A DNA stretch of 63,696 nucleotides, the filler included, from Phoronis australis (Eukaryota > Animalia > Phoronida): the NCBI GenBank assembly GCA_002633005.1. It is 11 parts of 11 records of this genome, joined end to end, with 100 filler letters (N's around TTAATTAATTAA, not from the genome) between each part and the next. Parts side by side here need not be neighbours in the genome. Positions count along the whole stretch, not along the records: positions 47,061 to 49,675 come from NMRA01001720.1; positions 49,776 to 53,576 come from NMRA01002832.1; positions 53,677 to 56,157 come from NMRA01003653.1; positions 56,258 to 58,901 come from NMRA01003531.1; positions 59,002 to 61,351 come from NMRA01003721.1; 6 more parts are not named here. One strand, given 5' to 3'. Positions 48,643-61,290 of the stretch are shown one piece after another; position 1 is the first letter of the stretch, and the number at the start of each line of letters is the position of its first letter. The position numbers and the translations under genes are program-made. Under the pieces are notes generated by a model. It saw only the letters and a list, made by a program, of their open reading frames with translations, was not told where the DNA came from and ran no database searches.

Positions 48643-49897
48643 TAATTAACTTGAAGAATCCAAACAAAAATAATTGAATTTCTGGCCACTATATTAATAT
48701 TGAAGTCCCCGCTATGACGCACCTTTCGGTGAGGCACCTGTATTAATATGGGAAGAACCCCACTTTTGAGGCCCCAAATTTGATTTCTTGCCTATGCCAT
48801 TTTAATCACAATAAGTCATTTGAAATGATAAGCTGTTACACGTATTTCACAGAATATGAATACCACAAGGCATAACAGATCTGCTGGTTGTCGCAGATCG
48901 AGGGTTGGTTGTGGAATACATGTATGTGAAAAAGCCGAGGTAACAAAATCGGGGACCTCCTCCGCATGTCATATCAAATCAACCGAGGGCCTGGTCAACA
49001 GAACAGGAAGTTCAAATCTTTCTTATCATAAGCTCAGTAATTAGAGCGGTTAAAGTATTGTGGAGTAAAGGAAACGCGCATGGAAATCGGTCCACTGTAC
49101 TTCAGTGTGATTTTTAGATACATGGCTATTTTACATTCAACCTGGGATAAAGTACATTTTATCAATTTTAGGAGTGGGGGTGTTTTTCCCTTGAATTATA
49201 AATCATTCAACAGTAATTTACTGTTCATATAAAACTTGGAATGACAAGTAGTCACTACTTTAATCTAAATAAAAAATATGCTATCATTTTTACGAAACTT
49301 TGCGATTTCGGAATGAGAACCATTGTTCATTGCGCCAAACGAACAAAAATTATTTCTTCTGTATCTTGTAGGTAGCAACTTCAGCCTGAACTAATGTTCC
49401 ATTGCTATGGCGGATACAACTTTCGAAAAAATGTTTTGGCAGGTTCACGACATTTAATATCTAGAATGGCCGTTACTAAATGTCTTCCTAAGAAACCTTT
49501 TTAAGAGTGACTCCATATAAAAACCAACAGGTAGAGTCTATACCCAAAATCACCGATTTTTTTGAAACTTAGCACATAAGTTTGATTTGTTGAGAAGTTG
49601 AAAAACCTCAATTTTTAAGAATTTTCATTCATTATTTTTCTTTTTATGACCTGTACCTCCATTTTGCAACAAAATNNNNNNNNNNNNNNNNNNNNNNNNN
49701 NNNNNNNNNNNNNNNNNNNTTAATTAATTAANNNNNNNNNNNNNNNNNNNNNNNNNNNNNNNNNNNNNNNNNNNNAAGATATTCCACTACACTTGTGGTA
49801 TCTTGTGTGATCTTGCTAAACTTGCAAGACACCTTTTTTTTAAACGACCCTGTGCAATAGCAAATGTCACCCTAAAAATGAATATTAACTACCCTAG

Positions 49898-52800
49898 CCA
49901 TGAAGTTGATGACTGCATTGGTGGATGTGGCCCTGAACCTGAGTATTAACTTAGACAACACTCAACGCCAGTATGAAGCTGAGAGACAGAAGTCCCAGTC
50001 TAAGAAAGCTAGTGAACGTCTGGAGATGTTGATGACAAAGAGACAAGAGGTTAGTATGGTTGAGGCCACACAAACCTAAGGTTTTTTCAGTGCTTCTTAG
50101 TTTCTTGTATTCTGTACATTTCCATTGACATACTAAAATGGCATTGAGGAGGTGATGTAGTATCATTTTTTACATGTGTTACATAATGGTCTATTTACAC
50201 CAACCTCTCGTCTATTACAATGTCATGCTAGAGGTTGGTGTAAACAGACATGTAGGGTTTGTAAGATGATGTTGCATATTTCCAAAGCTTAAAAATGTTG
50301 CATATTTAACAATTTGTTATCTTATAGAATTTGAGTGTGTTTTAAAAACTGCAGGATTGATCGTGTTATGTTCAAGAACAGCGCAGCTGTTTGAACAATC
50401 CATTTTGATCATTTGTCTGGTTCATTTAAATATTTTGGTCGCAGCATGTATTTCCGAATATGGAACTTGAAATTCACCTTCCCACAGAAATGTCTGCATA
50501 CAGGTTATCACATGTGTCCCTTATCACACAAACACCCCATGCTGGTGATCTGTGTTCTTATTGCGATCTATTCAGGCGTCAAAAATGGGACACACCTTTA
50601 TTCATCAGCGCCACCTGAAGAATATTGAGTCACCCATTCTAATAATTTTAGTGTGTGTGTGTGTTTAAATGTTGATATTCTTAGTCTATCTCTACAAATA
50701 CCAGTATTATTAAGTAATGAATCACAACATTAACTAAGATTTCATTGCATACAGTTAACTTATGGTTTGTATTTTTCAGCTGGAAGAGAACCAGGAGGAG
50801 ATCCGTAACATGTTGACCTACATATTCAAAGGTGTGTTTGTGCATCGTTATCGCGACAGTCAGCCAGACATTCGCTCTATCTGTATGCAGGAGATAGGCG
50901 TGTGGATGAAAAAATATCCCAACATGTTCTTGGATGACAGTTATCTCAAGTATGTTGGATGGACTATGTATGATAAGGTGAGTTGTGTTAGGTATTAATA
51001 AAACAATAGTTAAACGCAATTCTCATTCTCATCATGGTAAGGTTTGTCAAAAATATGTATTGATGTAAACACTGCCAGGCTGGTTTTTAAGATTGTTCAA
51101 TTGTGAGTGTGAAGTTAAAAGTAGCCCTATGGCTCCTATTACAAACTACATATATGTACTTGAAAACAACTCCAAATACAATCCAAGCAACATTCAGACA
51201 TTTCATGTTCACTGTGACGCCTTCTGCTTTGAAAAAAGTTCCATAAATTTTTGATAATATTTAAACATTTAGATATAATACATTTTTGATAATATTCAAA
51301 TTTTTAGACATTATACATACACAAAAAATAGTGAGAATGGCGTAGATGAAGTAATATCTTACGAGAAATTATCCAGCGTAATAATGTCGAGAGGGATATT
51401 TCTTCATCTACACCAATCGAGGTACGTTTTGTATTTATCCCATACGCTTCGAATTCCTAAGTTTCTTTCATTTTTTTGCAGATTTTTTAAAATACTTCAC
51501 GCAGACTGTTCACGTGGCGGATCACATTCTATATGTATATACTTGCACGATAGGTTACAAGTTTTCTCTTTTAATTAAAAGAAACAGTTTTTAATGTAAT
51601 GATTTCTTACTTGAAAAGAGATAACAAAGATGAAAACAACGGTAACTGTGTATTGAACTTGTAACATTTCTGATACTATTTAAACTTTTAGACATAATAC
51701 AATACATTTTTGAGAATATTCAAACTTTATGCATTATACATTAATTATTCAGTTTGTGATACGTGACGAAAAAATGGAATGTCGAAATTCCCAACAAATT
51801 TTTTTTGAAAAAAGGTTACTTCATTGTTAGCACAACTTAGTTGTTACCCAAAAGCATAAGGTATAATAATTGATGATAAAGGAATAATTATAAAGTTCTT
51901 TGAAAGTAGCATTCAAGTACTAAACACAATAACTTATTGTTTCAAAGTCATGCCTTGTACATGTTATTTGAGGATTTTTTGTGTTTACAAATTGTTCGGA
52001 CATTAATTAAGGAGTGCATGCTTTATGTTGATGATAAGCATAGTAAATTTTAAGAAGTACAAGAATTGTGTATGAATAGAATAATTACCGTAGCTATAGT
52101 GGCAAAGTGTCAGAAATACTTTATTTAGAAGTAGTATGCCATCTGTGGTCCTATTAATTAAACTGGGAACAAATTATACTCCAATTTTAAAACGAACAAA
52201 GCTTGTGTTTTCAACATGGTGGCTAACATTTTACATATTTCATTGTCACATTTCCTGGGTTATCTTATGTGAATGATAATTGTTTGTTCTGTCACTGTGG
52301 ATGTTTAAGGAGGTTTCATCGCTGTGTATTAATGTAATGTGACATTTGTTTGTTTAAGTGTCATACTTCTGTCTTACACTTCCCATTCAGTGTGGTGACA
52401 TGCGCCTACAGTATGTTAAAGTGTCATACTTCTGTCTTACACTTCCCATTCAGTGTGGTGATGTGCGTCTACAGTATGTTAAAGTGTCATACTTCTGTTT
52501 TACACTTCTCATTCAGTGTGGTGATGTGCGTCTACAATATGTTAAAGTGTCATACTTCTGTCTTACACTTCTCATTCAGTGTGGTGANTTCAGTGTGGTG
52601 ATGTGTGTCCTACAATATGTTAAAGTGTCATACTTCTGTCTTACACTTCTCATTCAGTGTGGTGATGTGCGTCTTCAATGCCTCAAGTGTCTTCAGCCTC
52701 TCTTTGAGTCGACCGACCTCTCTACCAAGCTGGAACTGTTTACCAGTCGCTTTAAGGACCGGATTGTAGAGATGACTTTGGATAAGGAGTATGACGTGGC

Positions 52801-53463
52801 TGTACAGGCAGTCAAGGTGGTCATCTCCATCCTCAGGTAGGTCAATTCAGTGCTTGTGGTCACTGGCTACCAAGTCTTATGGAGCCGTGCATGGTGTGTT
52901 GTAGGATACACTGTTGTCGGACTGCTCCGAAACTGAATGAAAAATGTGACGAATTGCTGTTACAAGGTATTCATTGCGTATTTTGTGCGTCTAATGCTGC
53001 ATCATATCATCATGTTGGGTGAAAATGCAATTTCAGAAACCATGAAATAAGGAATTCAAATCACATACTGTGCCAACAGGTGTTAAAAATTGCAAAAGGC
53101 TTAATAAACATACTCGTTGCAAAGACTTTTGACTTCTAGCAACTCCATGTCTCTAAAGAAAAAGATCTTTAAATTTACTATTAGATTTACCGTTTTACTA
53201 TTGAGAGTTGATTTTAGCCTGACACCTGTTGTGTTTCCAGGTTCAGTGAAAGCCTGCTTACGGACAAAGATTGTGAGAATGTCTATGAGTTAGTCTACTC
53301 ATCCCACCGCCAGGTGGCACAGGCTGCTGGCGAGTTCCTCAACACTAAGCTGTTCCAAATTGATGAAGAGGCTGTGAAGGAACTAAGAACCAAGAAGGGC
53401 AAGAAGCGAAGTGCCAACACACCTCTGATACGGGATCTGGTACAATTCTTCATAGAAAGTGAG
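49898..53463 (+). CDS. STAG1: Cohesin subunit SA (STAG1/2, stromalin), internal exons 49898-50049, 50780-50977, 52658-52836, 53241-53463
   Basis: [30 protein letters not shown]...[26 protein letters not shown]...[29 protein letters not shown]|[15 protein letters not shown]...[29 protein letters not shown]...[24 protein letters not shown]...LVQFFIESE is highly similar to the STAG/SCD region. GT-AG introns, phases 0,0,2. Confidence 0.95.
52352..52680 (+). repeat. 63-bp tandem repeat that duplicates the STAG splice acceptor and the first exon codons
   Basis: TTCAG|TGTGGTGA acceptors open at 52391, 52454, 52517, 52580, (52594 after a single N) and 52658. Confidence 0.92.
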
Positions 53464-53576
53464 GTATGTACTGCCGACACACCTCTCATACATGATCTGA
53501 TGCAGTTATTTATAGAAAGAGAGGTATGTAGTACTAACACACCTCTCATACATGATCTGATGCTGTTATTTATAGA
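53404..53576 (+). repeat. 60-bp tandem repeat that duplicates the STAG exon end and splice donor
   Basis: ACACACCTCT.ATAC..GATCTG.T.C.....TT.ATAGA at 60-bp spacing; GAG|GTATGT at 53464 and 53524. Truncated by the linker. Confidence 0.9.
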
Positions 53577-54934
53577 NNNNNNNNNNNNNNNNNNNNNNNN
53601 NNNNNNNNNNNNNNNNNNNNTTAATTAATTAANNNNNNNNNNNNNNNNNNNNNNNNNNNNNNNNNNNNNNNNNNNNATAGCCCCCCCCCCCCCTCCCCAG
53701 CCCCTGTGGTGTGCCGCTCATGTCCTTCCAATCAACTCATGTTTAATAAATTACCAGCCAGTTACAGGGATACCACAGTATCAGAACGCATTCAACAGTA
53801 TTCTACCATTTGAAAGTCAGATATGACTTTGAAGTAAGCACACGCACAGATATGAAAGGCCTCCGAGGTCATTCAGAACACCTCGGATATTTAGTAGCCT
53901 AGAGAAATTGTCTCACGGAAGTGTTTCATACCTGCACATGTGAGAAATTCAGTTGTGGAAGTTTCAGCCCAGCAATCCCAAACGTCGTACGCGAAGTCAT
54001 AATCTTACGGACCGCATCTCGATTTCCTGTTAAGTACTCTTAATTGTTAAAGCGAAATAATAAGACCCTTGCTTCCGCCGTCTTGCCTTTCCTTGATTTT
54101 GGGTCATTTACCGTTATAAAATTGGTCTTGTCATGTTCCTTACTCAGTTCAGAAATCGTGACCTGAAATTTCATCAGACTGGACTTCCAGTTCTTACCAA
54201 GCCAAGGCCATTTAGGACACACTTCATACTGGCCTAAATCAAACTTCGTTTTGGCAGAAAGAACGGGTTTAATGTCGTTTAGAGTGTCTGTTATCACATG
54301 GTATCCGAGCGTTTTCGACGGCATTCTCCGTTTTCATCGAGAGTCACGCGACAAGTTGGAATGACGGATATTCGCACATACGCAGATAGCAAACATTCCA
54401 AGAGATGGTTTAAAGCTACGACAATACCCCCCCCCCCNCCCCCCCCCCCATGCACCCACCCCTCTCACTTGTTCCGGATGCATTCATATGTGGAGGCAGC
54501 CATGTTGAAATACTTATGCACCTTCTCACCAAATTATTTATGACCCGAAATCGTGAAATGTCAGTGGTCAATGTCTGCCACTTGTTGTTTTGAGTAGTTC
54601 CAGGTGATCCGATCGCCACCTGGCGACCATTGAGTATGTGATTGACTAAAGAGGAAGCAAGCAGCACACCTCTCGATCAGTAATGTTACATTGGAAGGCT
54701 TTATTAAAATTGTGCAACTTAAAATAGTAGTTTTTTCAAACATTTAATGCTTGAGGTTATAACACACAAGAAAAATGAAGTTGACCCCCTGGCAAGGTCA
54801 CAGTGTTTTGCTAAGGCCTATTGCATACTCAGTTTGTTGAAGTCCAGAGACCGCGCTGGCAGAGAGGTTAAAACTGTAAACAAACCTCAATGCATCACAG
54901 CTGAGAAGCCGGCCCGGAAACCTCGGGTGGGTGT

Positions 54935-55248
54935 TCCTCAGTATCTCATTACAATACTTTTTGTTAATCCGATTTGAAAACATCACAACCCTAGCCTAAG
55001 GTCAAACTCATCCGTCAACTAGCAGAGATTAAATGTTGCTATGTTGCGTGCAAAATGACTGTGGTAACGTTTTCGATTTAGGCGCATTAACGTTATGGGT
55101 TCTTGTCCTCAGTATCTCATTGCAATTCTTTTTGTTAGTCCGATTTGAAAACATCACAACACTAGCCAAAGGTCAAACTTATCCGTCAACTAACAGCGAT
55201 TAAATGTTGCTATGCTGCGTGCAAAATGACTGTGGTAACGTTTTCGAT
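54935..55248. repeat. Tandem duplication of about 171 bp
   Basis: CCTCAGTATCTCATT.CAAT.CTTTTTGTTA.TCCGATTTGAAAACATCACAAC...GGTAACGTTTTCGAT at about 54935 and 55106. Confidence 0.85.
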
Positions 55249-56557
55249 AAGATGCATTTCGACTTCAGTCCTAACGTTCTTGGGTCAAAGATTTTTAGTA
55301 TCTTTGCTTGGGTTCCGGTTATACTGATCGACGCAGTTCTATTCACCGTGTGCGGGATAATTGTCTGGCCGTAACATGAATGGACCGACAACGCCAAACC
55401 CAAATATCAGCTACTAAGACCTGTGCCGAGCATTTCGAAGCAGCTGATAACAATAATCTCGAAACTCAATTAAAGCCAGGTCCAAATAATGTCGCAGTCT
55501 TTTCGCTGATTGTTGCAGACGTACGTTGTCAGTTGTAAATGAATTGCACCAGTGGCCAGCTGCTGTGTAGTCGATCAGTATCCTTACAATCCGGTTACTC
55601 TACCAGCAGAGAACAGACCTATTTTATTACAAACCAGCAAAAAGCTGCCACTTCGATTCTTGCAACACATAGATTGTTGACCTGGATTGCGTTCCATTGG
55701 TTAAGTTTACTGTGAGAAAAGCTAGATCACACCAGCCTTCTTCGTTTTGGTTTATAACTTATTCCCGAAGACATGCTAGCCAACGTCCGAGGGACATCAG
55801 TGATTCGATTCAACCGGCAGTGCACACTAGGGCCAGATTCTCGTGGATGTCGATAGCGAACGTGCAAATCTCAATGCGCGTGCCCCACACTATGTTCCGT
55901 GGTTACTTGGCCTACTTTCGTTTATGATTTGCTAAAAATATTCACTGTAAATTTAGCTTTTGGTATGGACCACTTACCGTTAAGAATCTGGCCTGAACGT
56001 TTTGATGTCTCGAGCAGTGTACAAAGCTTTCAGTTCATCTCAAGGCGAGAGAATTGCATTCTAATCTCAGTAAGGAAACGTTTGAGTCCAATTTCAATTT
56101 TACGTTTTAGAGGGTGGTGGGGTTATAGCAGATTAACTAAGCAGTAATTATAAAATANNNNNNNNNNNNNNNNNNNNNNNNNNNNNNNNNNNNNNNNNNN
56201 NTTAATTAATTAANNNNNNNNNNNNNNNNNNNNNNNNNNNNNNNNNNNNNNNNNNNNAGAAGCTGCTGGTAAGATGTGAATTTTAATTGAAGCCTTAGTG
56301 AATCACTCAGAAACTCGCAATACTCTCTTTGTCAAACTTTATCTTAAGGCGATTTCCAAAGCAATGCCGTCATTATTGCCAACACGAAAAACGGATTTGG
56401 TCTTTTGGGCATTTGAAGACTATTTTAAATACGACAAACTTGTTAAGAATCGATGGCACAAAACCTGTAATAAGCATTACAAAAAGAAGTAGGTTTGCGC
56501 GCAAACGCTGTGTACCATAAACAAGTAGGTCTCTTAGTATAATATTAGTAGTTATAT

Positions 56558-56630
56558 CGTGGTGGTGTAGTGGCAACGCACGCGCGCACTGTGCGCAAGG
56601 TCGTGAGTTCTAGTCTTTGGTACAGGCAGT
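56558..56630 (+). mobile_element. Degenerate tRNA-derived SINE head
   Basis: A-box-like TGGTGTAGTGG and B-box-like GAGTTCTAGTC at tRNA spacing; no proper cloverleaf. Confidence 0.45.
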
Positions 56631-56659
56631 TTTTCCTGTTTGACACGTTCTCCGTGTGT

Positions 56660-56879
56660 TTATTTTTGCCTTTTTGTCTCTGATAATACTTCAGGAATCA
56701 AGGAAAATGCTTGATTTTTAGAGGTAAAAACAGAAAAATTTCCTGGGCGGGAGGGGGGTTTGCCCTCCTCCCGCCATTCGGTGCTATGCGCATCTACAAT
56801 CGTGGTTCGGTTTGCGCAAATGTTTACAGCCGGACAGAATGTTGGGCTCCCCCCTTGTGATATCCTAGATCCGCCACTG
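56660..56879. mobile_element. hAT-like MITE fragment (CAGTGGCGGATCTAGGA terminus); a related end lies at about 30066-30082
   Basis: ...ATCCTAGATCCGCCACTG at about 56862-56879 and ATCCTAGATCTGCCACT at about 30066-30082. Confidence 0.45.
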
Positions 56880-57699
56880 GGCCATAATAAAACTTTTCTC
56901 GAAACTGAAGCATATTGAAACGAATCTTGACCAGCCAACGCAGACGGATGGGTACAAGCGAAGCTGCCTGTCTCAAGTGAATCATAGCTGAGCTTCAGTT
57001 CAAAGAATTTCCCATTTCCACACTGTTAGATCTCAGCTAGAGTTACTTGAGGCAGCTCCAAATCAGTGCGGTGGCCCTAAGCCCATCCTTACTCTCCATA
57101 GAGCATTTTTGGTTCACAGTTTACTCAAATCCTGATTGCGGGCGTGGGGGTGTTCGGTACAAATGTGACGGCATGCAGAGAACGGGGAGCGTAGGTGGTG
57201 GCGACAGGAAGGGGGTAATTTATCGAAGTGGTTTGTCCCCCCCCCCCCCCAANNNNNNNNNNNNNNNNNNNNNNNNNNNNNNNNNNNNNGTTACTACCTT
57301 CCCCAAAACAGTGTTGAAAGTATGGTACAAGTACTTTAAAACAATGTAATGAAACCTTCACAACCGCCGTGTTCAAGCAATGCTATGTGCCATTGTGTGT
57401 TCAACGAGCTCCCATGATCTGCAATGGTATAACCAATTGAATATTTCAGCAAAGTGGTCTGTGCCCACGTTGCTATTGATTGACATCTAAAAACAAGTCT
57501 GCACTTGTGGCATTACAGGGATAAGATTATTTACTGATGTTATAGTACTTGAACAAAAACAAATGTCTTTGGATGCAACATGTATTCTGTTTACCATTGT
57601 AACACCATTCTCAAGCATTGATGACAAATAGCACAAGAGCAGCATAGCTCCACATGGTACAAACAAAAAAACAAGAACAGCAAAGAGCATATGAAACAA

Positions 57700-58300
57700 T
57701 ACAGCAATGCCAATGACTAGAGGGCAAGGAGAGCATTCAGGAGGAGATAATAGAGAACTAGCAACTGTTGGTTCACACTGAAGTTGTTGTCTGTCAGTTG
57801 GTGTTCCTTAGTCCCTGTGAAAAAGTGAGGAGTAGTCTCGCCGATGCAAGTCGCTGCACAGTGACTACATCTTAAGGTAAATTCTTGACACTTATTTGAG
57901 AACAATTTTACATTTTTCTTGGACACTCAACATGTAACTGATTTTCAATGACTTCAACACAAGCTGAAATTTTCAGCCTTAAAGTATTTGAGAGAGAGTT
58001 GACCACTTCTTACGGGTTTAACTTTGCAGTGGTTTTAATAAAGCTATATAAAGTCACTGTGTGTGTCATCAGCTTATACTCTGTGGTGGCATTGTATCTT
58101 CACTTGAGAATGAAACAAGTATGTTTCGAAATATCGTGTGTATTATGTCGCTAGGTCAGTTACTGTATCTATGTTCAGTTGAGAGTAGAGTTTTGTTCAG
58201 AAAGTATGAACGCAACGGAATAAAGACCGTGAACAATGAAAAGTGTCGTGCATTTAACAAATTCTGTATAACAGAGCCACTATAACCATATGTTCCAGTG
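57700..58300 (-). mobile_element. Penelope-like element remnant (GIY-YIG endonuclease)
   Basis: RCSHCAATCIGETTPHFFTGTKEHQLTDNNFSVNQQL resembles the C..C.A.YIGETTRH...R.KEH...D..S.V..HL motif of PLE endonucleases. Confidence 0.6.
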
Positions 58301-59656
58301 TTAACAACATCAACTTTCTTTACAGGCGTTTTTGCTTTTCTAAAGCAATGCTATCGCATTCTTATCCCATGTGTGAATTGAAATTGGTCTGAACAACTCC
58401 TTGGAATTGTGCTGCCCCCCATACTGCCTGTGTTACTGAAACTAAAACCGCCATGCCAAAAAAGTAATGGGCCTGGTCAGAAGCTATATTCAATCGCCAT
58501 TTATTCTCAAGCCTGGAAATCATTGCTTGTCTGTGCAAAGGATATCAAACCCTGTTTTGGCCTATTGAAAGTTATTGAAAACAACTTTCCCTTCCAGCTC
58601 TCTGAAACAATACTTTGCAACCATTGAAAACCCTCACAAGAGTGGAGCAAAATTTGTAAATTCCTGACAAAGCCTGCTAAATGAGCAAGTGGTACCTATG
58701 TTCTAGGCGAGTTACACAACTGTAGGGAAGACCATCCACCAAGAAGAACCATAATATCCAATTTGAGACTCAGAGTAGGAAGAATTTTTACTTGAATTAT
58801 GCTTTTATCACTCATGTTAGATGCCAGTGATGCATTAGCAGGTGGCAGAACAAGGCCTCGATTGAAATCACCAAAACGGGGTTTAGTATCCTTTTTAGGA
58901 ANNNNNNNNNNNNNNNNNNNNNNNNNNNNNNNNNNNNNNNNNNNNTTAATTAATTAANNNNNNNNNNNNNNNNNNNNNNNNNNNNNNNNNNNNNNNNNNN
59001 NTCGCAACATCGTATACCAGAAATGGTAGATTACTGGTATTTAACTTTCAGATACTATGTTTTATGTACGATTCTCCAAAAGGCTGTCAGGAATTTTTTT
59101 TGAAGGGCCATAAAAATCTAAGATGATGATTTTCATGAAATAACTCTGACGGTGCATAAAACAGAAATGGAATAATTTGGAAAACTCTGTTCAGCATTTT
59201 TGAGATCTCATCCTGAACATTAATATAGAATGAAATTTGACCATGTTATTGAAGGCTTTCTACTCCGAGAATACACAGTAGACTGAGTGGAGCCCACTTA
59301 ATATCATACCAGAGAATAAATTAACTTGGTTATTGTCATGAAATGTCAAAAAAAAACAATATTGTAATTAAAAATCATCGAAATCATTCTCACCCATTTA
59401 TTAGCATTGCACATTAAGTTCGCTTTTCAGTCTAAAAAGTAAATTTAGTCAAGTTAAATTCCTTTGCCCTAACGGATATCGGTGTCGGGTGTAAAAATCA
59501 GTCGTTTTCTGATTACCTGTTTTAATGTGATATTCTCCACAATAAAAAAAGAGACAAAAAAGAGAAAACTGGAAATCAAATACGAGGAAATGAAAACCAA
59601 AAAAGAGGAAATCCTCTTAAATTAAAAAATTCCAAGCCCTGATAATTAAATCTTAC

Positions 59657-59723
59657 CTCCCACTTATCCCAGCACCTTGAGGCTCGCAAAGTTTCTTGAT
59701 CCACAAGGCACACCGCTGACGCT
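59657..59723 (-). CDS. CEP112: Centrosomal protein of 112 kDa, single internal exon of the N-terminal conserved domain
   Basis: Minus strand TTTTTCAG|AG CGT CAG...GGG AG|GTAAGA encodes (E)RQRCALWIKKLCEPQGAGISG(R), matching CEP112 ERQRCALWIRKLCEPSGTGAGIMGR. Confidence 0.85.
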
Positions 59724-60528
59724 CTGAAAAATATCGTATATGCACTCACATTGACTTGCACAGCAAACCTAATAAATGGAACATTTAATGAAATCCCAGA
59801 CAAGATGGCTGGTTTACACTTGAAGTTGGTATTTGGCTTTAAGAAAAAAATTGCTGACCTAAAGTTCAACAAATCAAGAAATGTATGGGTAATGTTTAAA
59901 ACTGAGTTTAGGATATTTTTTCCGTTTAAAACTTACTATGGGTGACAAGTGAAATTTAATTTTCCACGATTAAAAAAATTCAGCTAGACCTGTCACAAAG
60001 ACATTTGGAGAATGTTGATAATCTTGTAGTAATGATAAATATTTGAATAACAGAATAATTTAAATTTTTACAATTATCTTTGTAAAAACTTGAATAATTT
60101 TTACTGTAATATGCTGAGAGTTGTCATTAAAAACGCGAGGTTTACAATCCACTAGGAGTCTGCTAAAAATTGTTTAAACCTCATCAGATAAAAACTGAAT
60201 TATTTTGACTACCATATGTGGCCATTCAATAAGTATGGCTAGACCACAGGTGTGACAGATCCATAGGTACTAGTAATGGTGAAGGAATAAATAATTTACT
60301 GATGAGAGACAAAGGAAATCAATTAGAAGACTAATTAAAAATCAATACTGCAGTAATGAAGTCAAGACTCTATCTAGGTTAATGAATGGGTTCATATTTA
60401 CTATAGGTTTGAACAAGAATGCATTTGTAGTGTCTCATTCTAAGGGCCAGTGCAGATGGGGAGTTACTAGAAGCTTAGTTGGCTGCCTCAAGTGAAAGAT
60501 TGATTACCACATTGCTTGATGGAGGTTA

Positions 60529-60687
60529 CCGTAATCGTTCGGGTTAACGCCCTGGGCGGTTAAATTGGCGAATCCAAAAAATCGGGGGAGGGCGGATAAC
60601 CGAGCAGTGGGCGGTTAATTCGAAAATCCACCTAAAGTAGGGGATGGGCGATTAATTGAACATGGGCGTTAACCCGAACGATTACGG
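60529..60687. mobile_element. Tc1/mariner (pogo/Tc2-type) MITE, 159 bp
   Basis: Perfect 24-bp TIR CCGTAATCGTTCGGGTTAACGCCC / GGGCGTTAACCCGAACGATTACGG with TA on both sides. Confidence 0.9.
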
Positions 60688-60779
60688 TATTTTCTAACAG
60701 TGAGCCAAAATGCTGACTGACCTGCAAACTACATGTGTAGTGATCAGTATCAATACAGTACATATATTGAACAAGTGAG

Positions 60780-61290
60780 AGAGATTTGCTATTGCCACCA
60801 CGCCCACACTATGTGAGGATTTACGGTTGCCAGAAAAAATAACCCCAACCAATGAGACATTTGCCTCTGGTGGTAAAATCCTCAAGGCTCATTTTGGTGG
60901 GTGGTGAGCTATGAGTCACGCTCACTTGCATTCAAGGTGTGTAGCACACCACCTCACTAACAGCAACACTACCTTTAGTATTAGACATTACTTTATAAAT
61001 ACAAACTGCAATGTAGTTGACAAAAATGTGATACATGACATTGTTCAATCAACAGCAAACACAAAAACAAAAAAGACGTTTGCTCATATTGGGGTAGCCC
61101 ACATCTGCCGAGAAACCCCTTCCCTAGTCAGCAAGCACCTAGTTCACCCAGGTCCCCATTGCCATAACTTAAAAGGGTCAGTCAAATGTTTTATCGATAT
61201 TCCATGGTATTGTATTGGTTGTGAATATCAGCAGGCAATGTCAGATACCTAAACTGGCAACTCATAACACCGAATTCATTTGGGTTAGCT
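60780..61290 (+). mobile_element. Possible second, highly decayed Penelope-like endonuclease remnant
   Basis: TTFSIRHYFINTNCNVVDKNVI...HIG...SLVSKHLVHPGPH loosely follows the TF.I...F.C...NVIY...YIG...VSKHF..PGH pattern. Confidence 0.35.

Noticed and set aside
52352-52680. Possible CRISPR-like repeat-spacer array
   Set aside because: The whole 63-bp unit is repeated, and it is a duplicated STAG splice junction.
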